The notes below the pieces were generated by a model. The model made no database searches. It worked only from the letters and a program-made list of their open reading frames with translations, and was not told the origin of the DNA. From the human T2T-CHM13v2.0 reference genome, Homo sapiens, in assembly GCF_009914755.1 (NCBI RefSeq), contig NC_060934.1: DNA of 64,000 nt, one strand, 5' to 3'. The position numbers and the translations under genes are program-made. Positions 1-16,245 of this stretch are shown piece by piece (the first letter of the stretch is position 1; each line of letters opens with the position of its first letter).

Positions 1-53
1 GCACATCCTGCACGTGTACCATGGAACTTAAAATAAAAACTAAATAAATAAAT
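1..53 (+). mobile_element. 3' terminus and A-rich tail of an older L1PA element (continues left of the window)
   Basis: gcacatcctgcacgtgtaccatggaacttaaaataaaa matches the L1PA 3' end; the same motif ends the L1 near 62200. Confidence 0.8.
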
Positions 54-497
54 GCTTACTTTCTGTATAATTTTTATATATTATTTTAAATACTTTTGCA
101 TATTTTGTACACGTTTTTTATGCCTTATATCTTTTGTATGTTTCTTATCTTATAAATTCATTCATTTTATAAGTTTACAACTATATATACTACCTCATAA
201 TCTTTTTCATTTCAGAACACATGAATGTACTTCTAGGTCATTAAACTATTAAATATTCTTCCACATTTATGTACCTGTCCTCACTTCCATTTTTTGAGAG
301 ATGGCTAATTCAGTGCTTTGTGGAGAGCTGAGGTGTTTTTTCCTTATAATAGAAGAGTTACTCAGGTTTCACTGCCAAATTTTAGAAAACATAATTGGGT
401 TTTATCCAATTGAAGGCCTAATACCCATACTATTTTACAAGTATTTTCACTACAGTGTTTTCTGAAAATTTTCTCATCTCCTTAAACATGTTTTTGA

Positions 498-929
<432 letters not shown>

Positions 930-2236
930 TAGAACACTGATTACAGTAATATGCCATAGCTATGGGTACAGACGATATGCATATAAATCAGAATAAACAA
1001 CACCAGCATATACCCTAAATCTGTTTTATTCTTTTGAAGAAATTAATATCGGGCTTTTTAATCAGTGGTCTCTCTTTCATAAAAGTCAAAGAAACATAAC
1101 ATCAGTATAGGTGTCTACAAAATGAGTCAATATTCCAGACTTTTCCCAAGTAACATTCTCATTCTCCATATAAGAATAAAGAGGAAAAAGAAAGAAAAAT
1201 TATTTTCCCATTACTATGCTTGGGTAATTTCAAAACAACCTCTATGATTTCTGAATCACTAATGGAAAATCTTTGTCAACAGCTTCAATTAACTTCTTTT
1301 TCCCATAGTCAGTAAGAAATGCAAATCCCTCAACACCTCTCAATTTGTACCAGGATAATTGAGGTTTTTCCAACACCTGCCAATGCTCTCCTATCATTCA
1401 TCAGGAGACCTTTCTGCATTGGTCATAGTTTCCTCAAGCTCCGTGGCTCACTGATTATGATCCAAATTTCAGGCCCAAGCAACTCTATGAGATTAAAGAT
1501 GCTTTTTAAAAAGCTATAATCATTTGGTGATCTTCCCTGAATAATGAATAAACTTCTTCATTAAATATGTTCCAAAAAATTTCATATTCTACAGGCATAC
1601 TATTAAACAAATGAGACTGGAAGTGTCAGACAAAGAGAGAGGATGTATTTGCCAATACTAACCTCTAGCCCTGATTCTACAGAGTGGACACTATAATCAT
1701 TTAATTATTGAAGTGGGCATAAGGAGTAATCTTTTAAGTTATCTTTCATTGAAAATACACAAAGCGTTTGGAGACCATCAGCACCATAAGCAATAGGCAA
1801 AATATATACCAAATTCACCCACAGAACTTACAACTGCATCTTCCACATGACAGAGACACTCAACAAATTATCCGAAACATGTGGATGCTTTCAAATGATA
1901 ACATTTTTCATTCACCATAAATTCTTTCCCTCCATGGGAACCTTCAGGATTAATATATGTGATATTATTCGACCTGCTTCTTAACCTACTTAAATTTGGG
2001 GGAAGCCTGATTCACAAACACCTGCTAGGGTGAAAGTGACAAGTCTCATGTAAGCATCCAGTTCTGTCAGCAGTATAAAACTGCTTAAGGGAAAGACCAT
2101 GTTTGAAATAGCTTTTCCAAAATAGCCACGAACTTGTTCTGCAGTTCCATGGTGTGCTGTTTCAACTCAATTACATCAACCCTCCAAACGTTTCCCTTTG
2201 AAAGGTCAAAATCACTCATTAAAAAATAAACATGGT

Positions 2237-2555
<319 letters not shown>

Positions 2556-2904
2556 TCAAATACATTTGCCTGAAGCAAACTGGTAATGTGAAGAAATGGC
2601 CCTAGTCTCAAGTTCAGAGATATGACTTAAGTCCAGTCAGCTATCAATTTGCTTTTTGACTTTAAGAAGGTCTTTGTCATCTCTGGGTCTTAGAGAAAGT
2701 GAGTTTTAATCTACTAAACAGGGAGTTGGATGAAATGCTACTCTTATGTGTGATTCTGTATTAAAATGATTTGCATTTATAATTATTCCTAATATTCTAA
2801 ATTATGAGCTAGAGTCAAGTTTGATTAGTGTTGATTAAAAAATTGCCATGAGAGGTGATATAGTATAAGGGTAAAAGACAAGCTTTGAATTTAAGAATGT
2901 AAAT

Positions 2905-3060
2905 ATGACGCCTAGGAGAAGGCATTAGAACTATGTGGGGGCATTTTTAGACGGCCCAGTCATCAGAGTCCCTACTGGCATTTAGTGGGTGGGTCCAAGG
3001 TAGCTAAATGTCCTGAAATGTGTGGGACAAGCCTACATAGCAGCAACACTGAAGAATCTC
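2905..3060 (+). mobile_element. hAT-Charlie relic (MER20B/MER117-like)
   Basis: ctactggcatttagtgggtggg...gctaaatgtcctgaaatgtgtgggaca resembles MER20-related elements. Confidence 0.5.
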
Positions 3061-3064
3061 GATT

Positions 3065-3390
3065 TCACATCATATGGTTTCTCGTTAGCTCTGTGACCTT
3101 TAATGACCTAAGCTGAAGTCATTTAATTCTAAGTCTCAAATTCCTCAAAGGTAAAATGGAAACAGTATTATCGATCTCAAAGAATTCTTGTGGAGGCCAA
3201 TGTGTAACTTCATGGTGTGGGTTCGGAGCAAATCCTTGCTCTACCACTTACTATCTGTGGGCTCAACTTCTCCAATTTCCTCATCCATAAAACAGGCAAA
3301 AAAATTGCAGGAATTTGACAAGTAGTGACTGAACACATGTTAGCTATTATTAATATCAGTGTAGACGTAATTATTGATAAGTGCTCAGTG
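3065..3390 (+). mobile_element. Two adjacent MIR relics
   Basis: ctgtgacctt...ttcctc...gtaaaatgg and ttcctcatccataaaacagg MIR core-like motifs. Confidence 0.55.
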
Positions 3391-3607
3391 GGTGCTCCCA
3401 CTCCATGGCCTCTCAAGACCATGTTATGGAACCTAGATACACATGTTCCAAATCTCAATAACTACACCCAGCTCAGACCACCCTTGACAAGAATAATTAG
3501 TAAAAAAGAGTAGTGCTTATTCATTAGTGATATTAATTGATATTTTAGCAAACTGTCTTTCAAAACAAATCTGTAAACTGCTATTTAAAGAAAAAAAAAG
3601 CAGCAGC

Positions 3608-3935
3608 AGCCAGGTACAGTGGCTCATGCCTGTAATTCCAGCAATTTGGGAGGCTGAGGCAAGAGAATCAGCTGAGCCCAGGAGTTCAAGAGCAGCTGGG
3701 GAATGCAGGGAGGCCCCATCTTTACAAAAAGGAAATTTAAAAAGAATACAGCTGGGCATGGCAGTACGGGCCTATAGTCCTAGCTAATTGGGAGGCTGAG
3801 GAAGGAGGATCCTCGAGCCCCACAGATTGAGGCTATAGTGAGCTATGACAGTATCACTGTACTCTAGCCTGGGTGACAGAGTGAAACCTTTTCTCTTAAA
3901 AATAAATAAATAAGAATAAGCAAATAAAAAATAAA
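3608..3935 (+). mobile_element. AluJ
   Basis: Diverged dimeric Alu with tgagcccaggagttc and gtgagctatga J-type motifs. Confidence 0.9.
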
Positions 3936-4537
3936 GACCTTCCACTAATAGATACTCAGCACATTCCTCATATTTAAGTATCAGAAAATTCTTCATCCAG
4001 CAAAGTGAATGGCTCCCATGCTCATCATGGTTGCCTACAGTTCCTGAGTTTTAATAGGACACTGATAGGTCAGAATTAAGATTGTGCTGTCATAAACTAG
4101 AAAATCTAGAAGAAATGGATAAATTCCTGGACACATACACCCTCCCAAGATTGAGTTGGGAAGAAATTGAATCCCTGAACAGACCAATAACGAACTCTGA
4201 GATTGAAGCAGTAACAAATACCCTACCAACCAAGGAAAAGCCCCAAACCAGACAGATTCACAGCTGAATTCTACCAGAGATACAAAGAAAAGCTGGTACC
4301 ATTCCTGTTAAAACTATTCCCCAAAACTGATGGGGAGGTACTCCTCCCAAACTCATTCTATGAGGCCAGCATCATCCTGATACCAAAACCTGGCAGAGAT
4401 AAAACAAAAAAGAAAACTTCAGGCCAGTATCCCTGACAAACATTGATACAAAAATCCTCAACAAAATACTGACAAACCAAATCCAGCAGCACATCAAGAA
4501 GCTTATCCATCACGGTCAAGTATACTTCATCCCTGGG

Positions 4538-5200
4538 ATGCAAGGTTGGTTCAACATACGCAAATCAGTAAATGTGATTCATCACATAAAAAGAACTAAA
4601 AACAAAACCAACATGATTATCTCAATAGACGCAGAAAAGGGTTTTGATAAAATTCAACATCCATTCATGTTAAAAACTGTCAATAAACTAGGTATTGAAG
4701 GAACATACCTCAGAATAATAAGAGCCATCTACAACAAACCCACAGCCAACATTGTACTGAATGGGCAAAAGCTGGAAGCATTCTTCTTGAAAACTGCCAC
4801 AAGGCAAAGATGCCCTGTCTCACCACTCCTATTCAACATAGTATTGGAAGTTCTGGCCATGGCAATCAGGCAAGAGAAAGAAATAATGAGAAGAGAGTCA
4901 GTCAAACTATCCTTGTTTGCAGATGACATGATCCTATATCTAGAAAACCCCATCGTCTCAGCCCAAAAGCTTAAGCTGATAAACAACTTCAGCAAAGTCT
5001 CAAAATACAAAATCAATGTGCAAAAATCACTAGCATTCCTACACACCAACAATAGTCAAACCAAGAGCCAAATCAGGAACAAACTCTCATTCACAATAGC
5101 CACAAAAAGAATAAAATACCTAGGAATACAGGTAACCGGGGAGGTGAAAGACCTCTACAAAGAGAACTACAAACCACTGCTCAAAGAAAGTCAGAGATGA
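4538..5200 (+). pseudogene. L1 ORF2p reverse-transcriptase remnant (220-aa open fragment, non-functional)
   Basis: [37 protein letters not shown] and [10 protein letters not shown] are L1 RT motifs; neighbouring ORF2 pieces are in other frames. Confidence 0.93.
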
Positions 5201-5410
5201 AACAAACAAATGGAAAAATATTCTGTACTCATGGATAGGAAGAATCAATATTGTTATAATGGCCATACTGCCCAAACCAATCTGATTCAATGCTTTCCTA
5301 TTAAACCACCATTGATATTCTTCACAGAACTAGAGAAAACTCTTTTAAAATTCATATGGAACCAAAAAAGAGCCCCAGCAGCCAAGGCAATCCTAATGAA
5401 AAAGAACAAG

Positions 5411-5603
5411 AACTCCACTATGGGCCAAAAGACCCACTTAAACACCTATCTCTCTATCTGTAGGAAAGAGAGCTCTTCTCTTCTCCTTCTTTGGCCTTTT
5501 AAACCTCCTCTCTTAACCTCACTTTACCTGTATCTGTGTCCTTGATTTCTTTGTCATGAGGCAACGAACCTCGGGTATTACCCCAGACAACAATGCTGCT
5601 TCA
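5411..5603 (+). mobile_element. 3' fragment of an ERV1 MER4-group LTR (MER50-like) inside L1 ORF2
   Basis: Non-L1 193-bp block ending gaacctcgggtattaccccagacaacaatgctgcttca, an LTR-type CA terminus. Confidence 0.7.
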
Positions 5604-6152
5604 AAACTATACTACAGGGCTACAGTAACCAAAACATCATGGTACTGTTACAAAAAGAGACACATAAACAAAAGAAACAGAATAGAGAACCCAGAAATAA
5701 GACTGCATACCTACAGCTATCTGATCTTCAACAAACCTGACAAAAACAAGCAATGGGGAAAGGATTCCCTATTCAATAAATGGTGCTGGGATAACTGGCT
5801 AGCCATATGCAGAAGATTGAAACCGGACCCCTTCCTTACGCCATATACAAAAATTAACTCAAGATGGATTAAAGACTTAAATGTAAAACCCAAAACTAGA
5901 AAAGCCCTGGAAGACAACCTAGGCAATACCATTCAGGACACAGGCACAGGCAAAGATTTCATGATGAAGATGAAGATGCCAAAAGCAATTACAACATAAG
6001 CAAAAATTGACAAATGTGATCTAATTAAACTAAAGAGCTTCTACATAGCAAAAGAAACTATCAATAAACAGACAACCTACAGTATAGGAGAAATTTTTTG
6101 CAAACTATGCATCTGACAAAGGTCTAATATCCAGAGTCTACAAGGAACTTAA

Positions 6153-6640
<488 letters not shown>

Positions 6641-7297
6641 AGAATGGCTATTATTAAAAAGTCAAAAAATAACAAATGCTGGCGAGGTTCTAGAGAAAAA
6701 AGAATGTTATACACTGTTGGTGGGAGTGTAAATTAGTTCAACCATTGTGGAAGAAAGTGTGTTGACTCCTCAAAGACCTGAACACAGAAATACCATTTGA
6801 CCCAGCCATTCCAATACTGGGTATACATTCAAAAAATAAAAATCATTCTATTATAAAGATACATGCATGCCTTATGTTCATTACAGGACTATTCACAATA
6901 GCAAAGACATGGAATCAACCTAAATGCCCATCAGTGGTAGACTGGATAAAGGAAACGTGATACATACAACGTTGTATACTATGCAGCCATAAAAAAGAAC
7001 AAGATCATGTCCTTTGAAGGAACATGGATGGAGCTGGAGGCCATTATCCTTAGCAAATTAACACAGGTACAGAAAACAAAATACCACATGTTCTCACTTG
7101 TAAGTGGGAGCTAAATGATAAGAACGCATGGACACGTAGAGGGGAACAGCACACACTGGAGCCTTTCAGAGGGTAGAGGGTAGGAGGAGGGAAAAGATTA
7201 GGAAAAATAACTAATGGATAGTAGGCTTAATATCTGTGGGATGAAATAATCTGTTCAACAAACTCCCATGACACCAGTTTACCTACATTAAGAAAAA

Positions 7298-7853
<556 letters not shown>

Positions 7854-8099
7854 TTAATGATTAAACTGTACTTCTCTGAAATAAAATTTGGCTAAAATGC
7901 CTTAATTTTAGGAGAAAATGTTTAAATAGAATGTGATCTATTTGATCTGCACTTTTTCACAAATGCAAGCAGGATAGAAACCATGTTAATCAAGTTAAAT
8001 TCTGTAAAAAGACTGGTCATTCATACAATAGATGTTCAAAATCTAGCTTTACACAGACCAACAGTTAGGCTCCCAATATTTAAATGTACATATAAACAT

Positions 8100-8530
8100 A
8101 GAAGTTTATTCTACAGATGTACTGAAGAATGTGTAAAATAACGAATATAAGGATATACTTCTCAATATTATTTATAAAAGCTCTAAGGTTTAAGTAGGGG
8201 GCTGGCTAAAAACATTTTGTTAATTTCATATATTGAAATTGTCCAACTACATTAAAATAAATTGAATAGATTTCTCTGGCTGATATGGAATTGTCACCAA
8301 GAATTATAAAAAAAAAAAGAGCAAAGTTTGGAATAGTATGCATATCATACACAGAACATGTTTGTATCTACATAGAACATATATGGAAAAATACATAAGA
8401 AAATTTGGCCTATCTCTGGGGAAGGCAAGGGAGAACTGAGATGAAAGGGAGGATTTTCACTTTCGGCATCCTTCTATGTTGTTTACAGAGCTTTTTAAAG
8501 TCATGTGCACGTATTTCCTTTTTTTAATTA
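8100..8530 (+). mobile_element. Ancient L1ME 3' relic
   Basis: Degenerate L1ME 3'UTR-like text (aaagagcaaagtttggaatagtatg...). Confidence 0.45.
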
Positions 8531-9269
8531 AAAAATGAACAATTTTTTAAAAATAAAACAGCAGACACTCCATACCTGTCGGTTTTCCTTTATACTGAAT
8601 CCAGTGTGTTACATGATAAGCATGACCAATGCAGACAGATATTACAGTTCCTTGCTTCTCTGCAAAACCACCAACCACCTTTCCTAAATTTGAGTAGATG
8701 AGGCACATGCTGTGCAGGAAAAGGGCCTACAAAACATTTGAAAAGTGTGTTTTTGTATTCTGGTATAAATAATTCTTTAATGGCTCTAAATGTCTTTCTG
8801 CCTTTATTGTCAAGCTGGCAGTAGTACCTAGCACGCTGTCTTGCATAAACTTCAAAAAAAGTACTCTGCTGGTCAATGGCTGTTCTTTATCCTCCAGCCA
8901 AATGCCTAAGGGACTGTATGAACCTATTCACATCAGTGAACATCAACATACAGCTTCCTTACCAGACAGAATCACACTGTGTACTCTACCACCACTCCAC
9001 ACTATGCCCATCACCAAACACTACCCAGAAAAGCAACGAGGCACACAGCACTAGTAAATGCCCCATTTGTCCTGTTCCTCAACAAAACACAAGCCAGCCC
9101 ACTTAATAATGTCCAGAAGCTGTTATATATTCCAAGTAGGAACAGACATGGCCAGAGCTGCCTAATGGCTCCCAGATCCCAGTTTAAAGACAACCCTAGG
9201 CCTTCCTATATCACATTCCAGGTGATCCCATGGCTTTGGGAGAATAAAAACAGCTCCTCTCTACCAGTA

Positions 9270-9460
9270 CCTAGGCCTGGCTACCATCTCAAATTCATTA
9301 TGAGCTGTGTGATCTTAGGCAAACTGCTTAGCCTCTCTAATCCTGGATGTCCTCATCCGCAAAATGGTGCCAGTAATGTCACCCATCTATATAGCTCACA
9401 GAGCTACAGTAAGGATAAAGCTTTTGGCATCCAAGTAGTCCTCCATGCATGTCAACTAAT
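9270..9460 (+). mobile_element. MIR
   Basis: agctgtgtgatcttaggcaaactgcttagcctctct...cctcatccgcaaaatgg MIR core. Confidence 0.7.
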
Positions 9461-10038
9461 GTCACTACCAACATCTTTAGACACAAACCCACAGCAGCCT
9501 CCTGTTTGGTCTCCCTAATTCCACTCTAGCTTCCACCCACTGGTAAAAGTGATCTTAAAAGGGGGATATGGTAAAGTCATCCTCCACCCTTCTTCCAACA
9601 CTGAAATGTAGAGACAGCTCTACTGTCATTAGAATGAAGTCCAGAAGGCTCGATGCAAACCTCTCCAAGTGTCAACGATTAACGATGAGAACTCTGCCTC
9701 CACCCACACCTCTCTTCCCCACAATAGGGTAGCCTTGACAGATGATCCTAATTCTCCTTTGATGACATTTTCAAACTTACAAAGTTGTCTAATAAGGATC
9801 ATTATGCACTTCAGTGTGAGCTCCATTCACCACTATACTGCTCACATAGCTATCAACTAACAAGAAATGTTGAGGACTCATCTTTTCAAGAATTACAATC
9901 TATACAACCCATAATAGTGTTAAAGCTGGAAGACATGACAAACAAGCTTCAGTGTTCTATCATATTAAACTTGTCCATATGGAGCTGAACAGAACCAGTG
10001 AGATTATGCAAGAGAAGCCAAAAGGTAAGTGAGTATTA

Positions 10039-10383
<345 letters not shown>

Positions 10384-10844
10384 TCATCCACCTACCATCT
10401 AACACTGTGCCTAACTGAAATGCATGACTTTCAGTTAGAGGTTTCACTTTGGACATATCTGTTTACCTATTTGAATGTGAGCCCTAAGTTATTTTTATAT
10501 TTTGCTTTTCCTCTCAGGCTGAGAAAGCTGCTGCTAAAAACTCTCAGAGTAAAAGTATGCTGATATCACACTCCAGGGAATTTGGTTTCTAAGAAAAGCC
10601 CACTCATTTTTAAAAGACAAGATGAAGAGAACACAGACTTCAAGCAAGTTGGGAGTTAGGGAAATATAACTCAAGGTCTCAATGACTTGCCCACCACCCC
10701 TGCTTTTTCAGCAATGCTGTTTGGGGGAGGGGATCATGGTAACTTAACATGGGAAAGATGTGATCGGATAAAATCTCTTTTATCATTCAGAGGGAAGAGG
10801 AATTCACAACCAATCACTTCAATCCTTATTTTCTTTTTAAAGCA

Positions 10845-11555
10845 TTATTTTTATTGTGGTAAAATATACATAACATAATTTATCACCTTAATCATTTTTA
10901 AGTATATAGTTTTATGGCTTTAAGTACATTCACATTGTTGTGTAACCATCACCACCATCCATTTCCAGAGTGTTTTCAACATCCCAAAGAGAAATTCTGT
11001 ACCTATTAAACAGTAACTCCCCTCTCAGCCCCTGGAAACCACCATTCTACTTTCTGTCTTTATGAATACACTAGGTACCTCATATATGTAGAAGCATATA
11101 GTATTTTTCCTTTTGTGACTAGCTGATTTCACTTACTATAATGTCCTCAAGGTTCATCCATGTTGTAGCAAGTGTCAGAATTTCCTTCCTTTTTAGGGCT
11201 GAATAATATTCCATTGTATGCAAACATCCTATTTTGTTTACCCATTCATCCATCAATGGGTATTTAGGTTGTTTCCTCTCCTTGGTTATTATGAATAATG
11301 CTGCTATAAACCGGGGTGTACAAACATATCTTCAAGAACCTGCTTTCAACACTTTCAGGTCTAAACCCAGAAGTGGAATTGCTGGATTATATGGTAGTTC
11401 TATTTTTAATTTTTTTCAGGAACTGTCATATTGTTTTCCATAGCATCTGTACCATTTTACATTCCCACCAATAGTGCACGAGTGTTCCAATTTCTTCATA
11501 TCCTGGCCAACATTTGTTATTTTCTGGGTTTTTTAATAGTAGCCATCCTACTGGT
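10845..11555 (-). mobile_element. L1MB-type 3' end
   Basis: taagtacattcacattgttgtgtaaccatcaccaccatccat; ggttcatccatgttgtagc; accattttacattcccacca. Confidence 0.88.
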
Positions 11556-11719
11556 AATTCTTTAAGTATTTTTATTTTTAAACTGGCTAATAGAATTAAA
11601 CTTTTGTCCCATCTATGCAATTGGCTAAGAATATTAGAAAACCTGATTTTCATGAGTATGCTACTATTCACTTTCTGAGAGGTAATTTTAATAATAGCAG
11701 CTGAGATTAAATTTTAAAA

Positions 11720-11920
11720 ATAAAGCTTTGGACACAAAACCATCCTGTATTCAAATATGAAACAGCTACTTCTGAAGCAAAGTACCTTCCCTAAGCCTTG
11801 GTTTTCTCATTGGTGAAATGGAGCTATGAATATCCATTTCTTAAAGTTCTTGGGAGAATTCACTTACGAAATTGTACAAAGCACTTAGCATGCTCTCTGG
11901 CTCCTAAGAAGCACTTAAAG
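11720..11920 (+). mobile_element. MIR
   Basis: aagccttggttttctcattggtgaaatgg...aaagcacttagca. Confidence 0.6.
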
Positions 11921-12427
11921 AAAGACAGATGATGATAAGGAGGAGGAAAGTCTCATTATTGCTGGTATACCACTAAAAGTTAAGTCACAAAAAGGTCTCT
12001 TTAGCATTGAAATATACATATCCTTTCCTCAACTACTCCCAGATGACCCTGTTTTACAATTCATATATATACTCACCAAACCTCAAGATTGTCACTGTAG
12101 ACAAGATAGTATTTTCTTATATACAAATTATAAACATAAATATTCTTTTCCCAAAGGCAGGATATTCAGGTAGGACAATAAACAGTGGTAGCATATCACA
12201 AAATTATACCTTTTTTCAGTTTGAAAAAGTGGTAACAAGAACTTGTCATATATTTTAAGTTATACTTAATTTAGTTACAGCAAAAAGGTAGAGTGCACAT
12301 TGTGAGACAAGATTGGTTTTCCCTCTTCTCTTGATTAGTTAATTAAAAAGTTAATGCCAAATGGCTATATTTTAAACGTATGGCTTAGGCTAAATTCACA
12401 TATTGTATCTAAAAAACAAGCTTGATC

Positions 12428-12833
<406 letters not shown>

Positions 12834-15800
12834 TCAGAAATCACTTAACCCAAACTGCCATCAAATAGCTGCTGTTCTGTTTATAGAAATTTACTAATAA
12901 ATTACAGTAAAATATAAAACAATTGGGAACCTGAAGCAATTGTGAAAGAAGATATATGCTTACTTCTCATTTAAAGAAATCAAATAAATGAAAATCGGTT
13001 TTAAAATAAAGGTTAAACCAAAAGGGTACTAATTCACCATCAAAACACTTCCAGACCCTCTATGAGTGTGTGTGCCACGCATTTTTCTAAGCACTTACAT
13101 TGACACCTTTAATTTCTACATAAGGATTCTGATTTGGGTTCCATTAATATTACAAGGCACTTTAAATTGACCCTTAAAGTTGTGACACATTAACTTTATT
13201 CATATACTCCACTGAGAAATATTCATGTGAAATAGCACTCCAAAACCTTAATTATGTTACTGGCTTCAGGACTACCACCTTGGCTAACGTAAGTCCATAC
13301 TAACTTTTTTCTTCCATCCACCCAGAGACATGGTTCAAAACATCAGGATGCCTTGATAATGGCATTAGTTTAGGTTTATTAGCTCAGGAAATTCTTTCTG
13401 TTGCAATCATTGTTCCATTAAAATTCTTTAAAATTACTCTTTAATTTCAGTAACTAAGGTATATGGGCATGTAATCTTAAATATTTCTATGGTAGTTCAA
13501 GAGTAATAAGGGATCTCATCTGATTTTCCAAAGAACCAATTAACCAATGCTGGGAAGACACAGGGTCACATTATGAGTATCTATCAACCCTGGGTCTCAG
13601 TGATTATGGGGGCCAGCCAGAAGGAATGGCCTCCTTCCCTCTCATCCCATGTCATCCTCTCCTGCAATTTATGCTCTGGCAATAATATCTATACTTCCCC
13701 CAAATGTGCCCTTCTGTGGTACCCTCACTCATGCCCCCTAATCCTACTTGGAGTAAATTCTCATTCTTTTCCAGCACACCAGCATCTCCCTTGTGAAGTC
13801 CTTCAATTCTGAGGAACAGAGAAAGGAGAGAAGGACAAGTCCACAAACTCTATCATCCTAACAGCGAATGAAAGGGGTTCACAATTATCTAAAACTTAAA
13901 AAGGCAACTATTTCCATTATGTATTTTCTACATTTTATATAAAACTTTATATTATATACAAAAGTACTCTGTTACATTTTTAAGTAGGTAGAATGCTTGG
14001 TGAAATACGTTTGATTTTTTCCTCTTTTCTGAGTTCATTAAGGAAATTAATTTGCAGAGATAATTCTATATGATTCACACGCAGACCAAAAAAAATTAGC
14101 AGGCAATTCTTGAGCTAAAACAGCTTGTAAATAAACATCATGAATATGGACAAAATGTGAACACCCACAAGGCAAGTAGTGAAGAATTCCACCTACATAA
14201 ATCTAGTGAGTCATACTTTAATTCAACAAGTTGTCTCTGAGTCCTGATAGGGCGTTCTGTCCTATGTTTGGTGCCACAGGAGTTTCCAGAAACCTCAAGA
14301 TTAGGGCCCTACTTTCAAAGAGGTTAGACAATGTGGTAAGATGTTAAAATTCATGGTATCATTGAAACCCTAAGAAAAATTCTTAAATTACTTTTTAGAT
14401 AATAAGACATGATTATAAAAACAATTAAAATTTTAAGTATGGGTATTCAGCCAAACTGCACATCTTGCTTCACTGTCCATCATTGTTGTATGTTTGCTGG
14501 GGAAAGGGAGGAGTTGGGTTTTTTTTCATTTGTTTCTTTGAGCAGAGGGCCTCCCTTGTGGACAGAGACTATGTTTCCACAATGTACTGTGTTTGCAATT
14601 TAGAAATATGTGGGGTTGGCCTTGCCTGCTGGCTGTCAACAGGAACTGAGTGCCCAGGCCCCTGGCTGTTCTGCCACAAAGTCCCTCCTCCCCCAGAGGC
14701 CTCTCACCTGACAAGATAGCTATCTGTAGCTATAACTGATCAAAACTGCTTACCTAGGTAATCATCTCTACTGCCTGCAAAAAGATGACTCTTGAATTTC
14801 CACCTCCAGCCTCTCCCCACACAAAGATGATTTACAAATGAGGAAAGAAAAAAAAAAAAAAAAAACCAGCACAGCAGGAGAAGTCAGTAAAGAACACTAC
14901 TGGTCCAGGCTCCTCCCTAACTGAGCTTCCGAGGGAAGTAAGGGAGAGGAGAGGTGCCATCCCACTGAGAGCCCAGTTCCTTCTACCTGCCCATGGAAGG
15001 GAAGAAAACAAACTTACCAGCATGCTGACCCTACCCTTCTCTCTATCTGGAAAGTTTAGTCTTTTAGGCATACCCACAGAGCAGCAAATATCTGCCCACA
15101 TTTCACATTTTCCTAATGAGTTTGTTCTTAAATTCACCAAAATTTTAGTATTCTACTCTTTAAAATTGTGCAGATACAAAATTTTGTCACAGGAAAATAT
15201 TAGGGAAAAAAGAAGAAGAAGAAATACTTTCCTTTTCAGTCCCCAGGTCTCTAACATCAAATGTATTTATGTGGATGCCCTCAAGACCTCACAGCCTTTT
15301 TCTAAAGGAAGTAAAAATTTGCAACTTTATAAATGTACATCAACTTTTCCATTTTAAAAATAGTCCCCAAAAGTGGACTGATTTGTTACTGGTCAGAAAA
15401 TGAACGTATCACCCAAAAAAAATTCTCAGCACAGATCCAATCTCTCCCATGATGCAAACAGAAAGAAAGATACAGTTAAGCACAACCCAAAATGTAGTGA
15501 AATAAAATATCATATGAAACCATGACCGATACAAAAAATGGCTGCCAGAGAAAATTCCTTAAATCTCCAAAGAATCATTTTCTCCAACCCTACCTAGCAT
15601 GGGAAGAACCACCTTAACTGAATGTGAGAATCCTTTATTCCTTAAAGACATGTGAACTCTATTTGTAATGTCTACAGAAAGCTCAGCCCTGGGAGTAAAA
15701 TTTTAGATGTTCATCTTCCCTTGTCACTGATGGGGAAATGATTACTTACTACCTGGGCCAGAGAGGGAAAATGAACTTGCAGGCTTATGTGAAAACAGCA

Positions 15801-15883
15801 AAATGCTGTTTTTCTAGAAGAGCTGATTAGGAACACGCTAATTGTCCTAAGTGTAGCGGAGTGAGACCTTGCTCCCTAGTTCC

Positions 15884-16245
15884 TGTCAGGCCTCTGAGCC
15901 CAAGCTAAGCCATCATATCCCCTGTGACCCGCATGTACACATCCAGATAGCCGGTTCCTGCCTTAACTGATGACATTATCTTGTGAAATTCCTTCTCCTG
16001 GCTCATCCAGGCTCTAAAGCTCCCCTACTGAGCACCTTGTGACCCCCACTCCTGCCTGCCAGAGAACAACCCCCTTTGACTGTAATTTTCCTTTACCTAC
16101 CCACATCTTATAAAACGGCCCCACCCCTATCTCCCTTCGCTGACTCTCTTTTCGGACTCAGCCCGCCTGCACCCAGGTGAAATAAACAGCCTTGTTGCTC
16201 ACACACAGCCTGTTTGGTGGTCTCTTCACACGGATATGAGTGAAA
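15884..16245 (+). mobile_element. Solo HERV-H LTR (LTR7), 362 bp
   Basis: Starts tgtcaggcctctgagcccaagctaagcc, ends ggtctcttcacacgg...gtgaaa; 5-bp TSD gttcc at 15879-15883 and 16246-16250; no PBS or internal sequence follows. Confidence 0.95.
16109..16186 (+). promoter_or_regulatory. LTR7 core signals: TATA-like box, GT/GC box, poly(A) signal
   Basis: TATAAAA at 16109-16115, ccccacccc at 16119-16127, AATAAA at 16181-16186. Confidence 0.7.

Noticed and set aside
4082-5999. Long ORFs with reverse-transcriptase motifs as a novel retron-like or RT system
   Set aside because: Ordinary frameshifted L1 ORF2 remnants with no ORF1, endonuclease or promoter.
8979-9518. 179-aa ORF
   Set aside because: Runs through a MIR relic, has no recognisable domain or splice context; length is compatible with chance.
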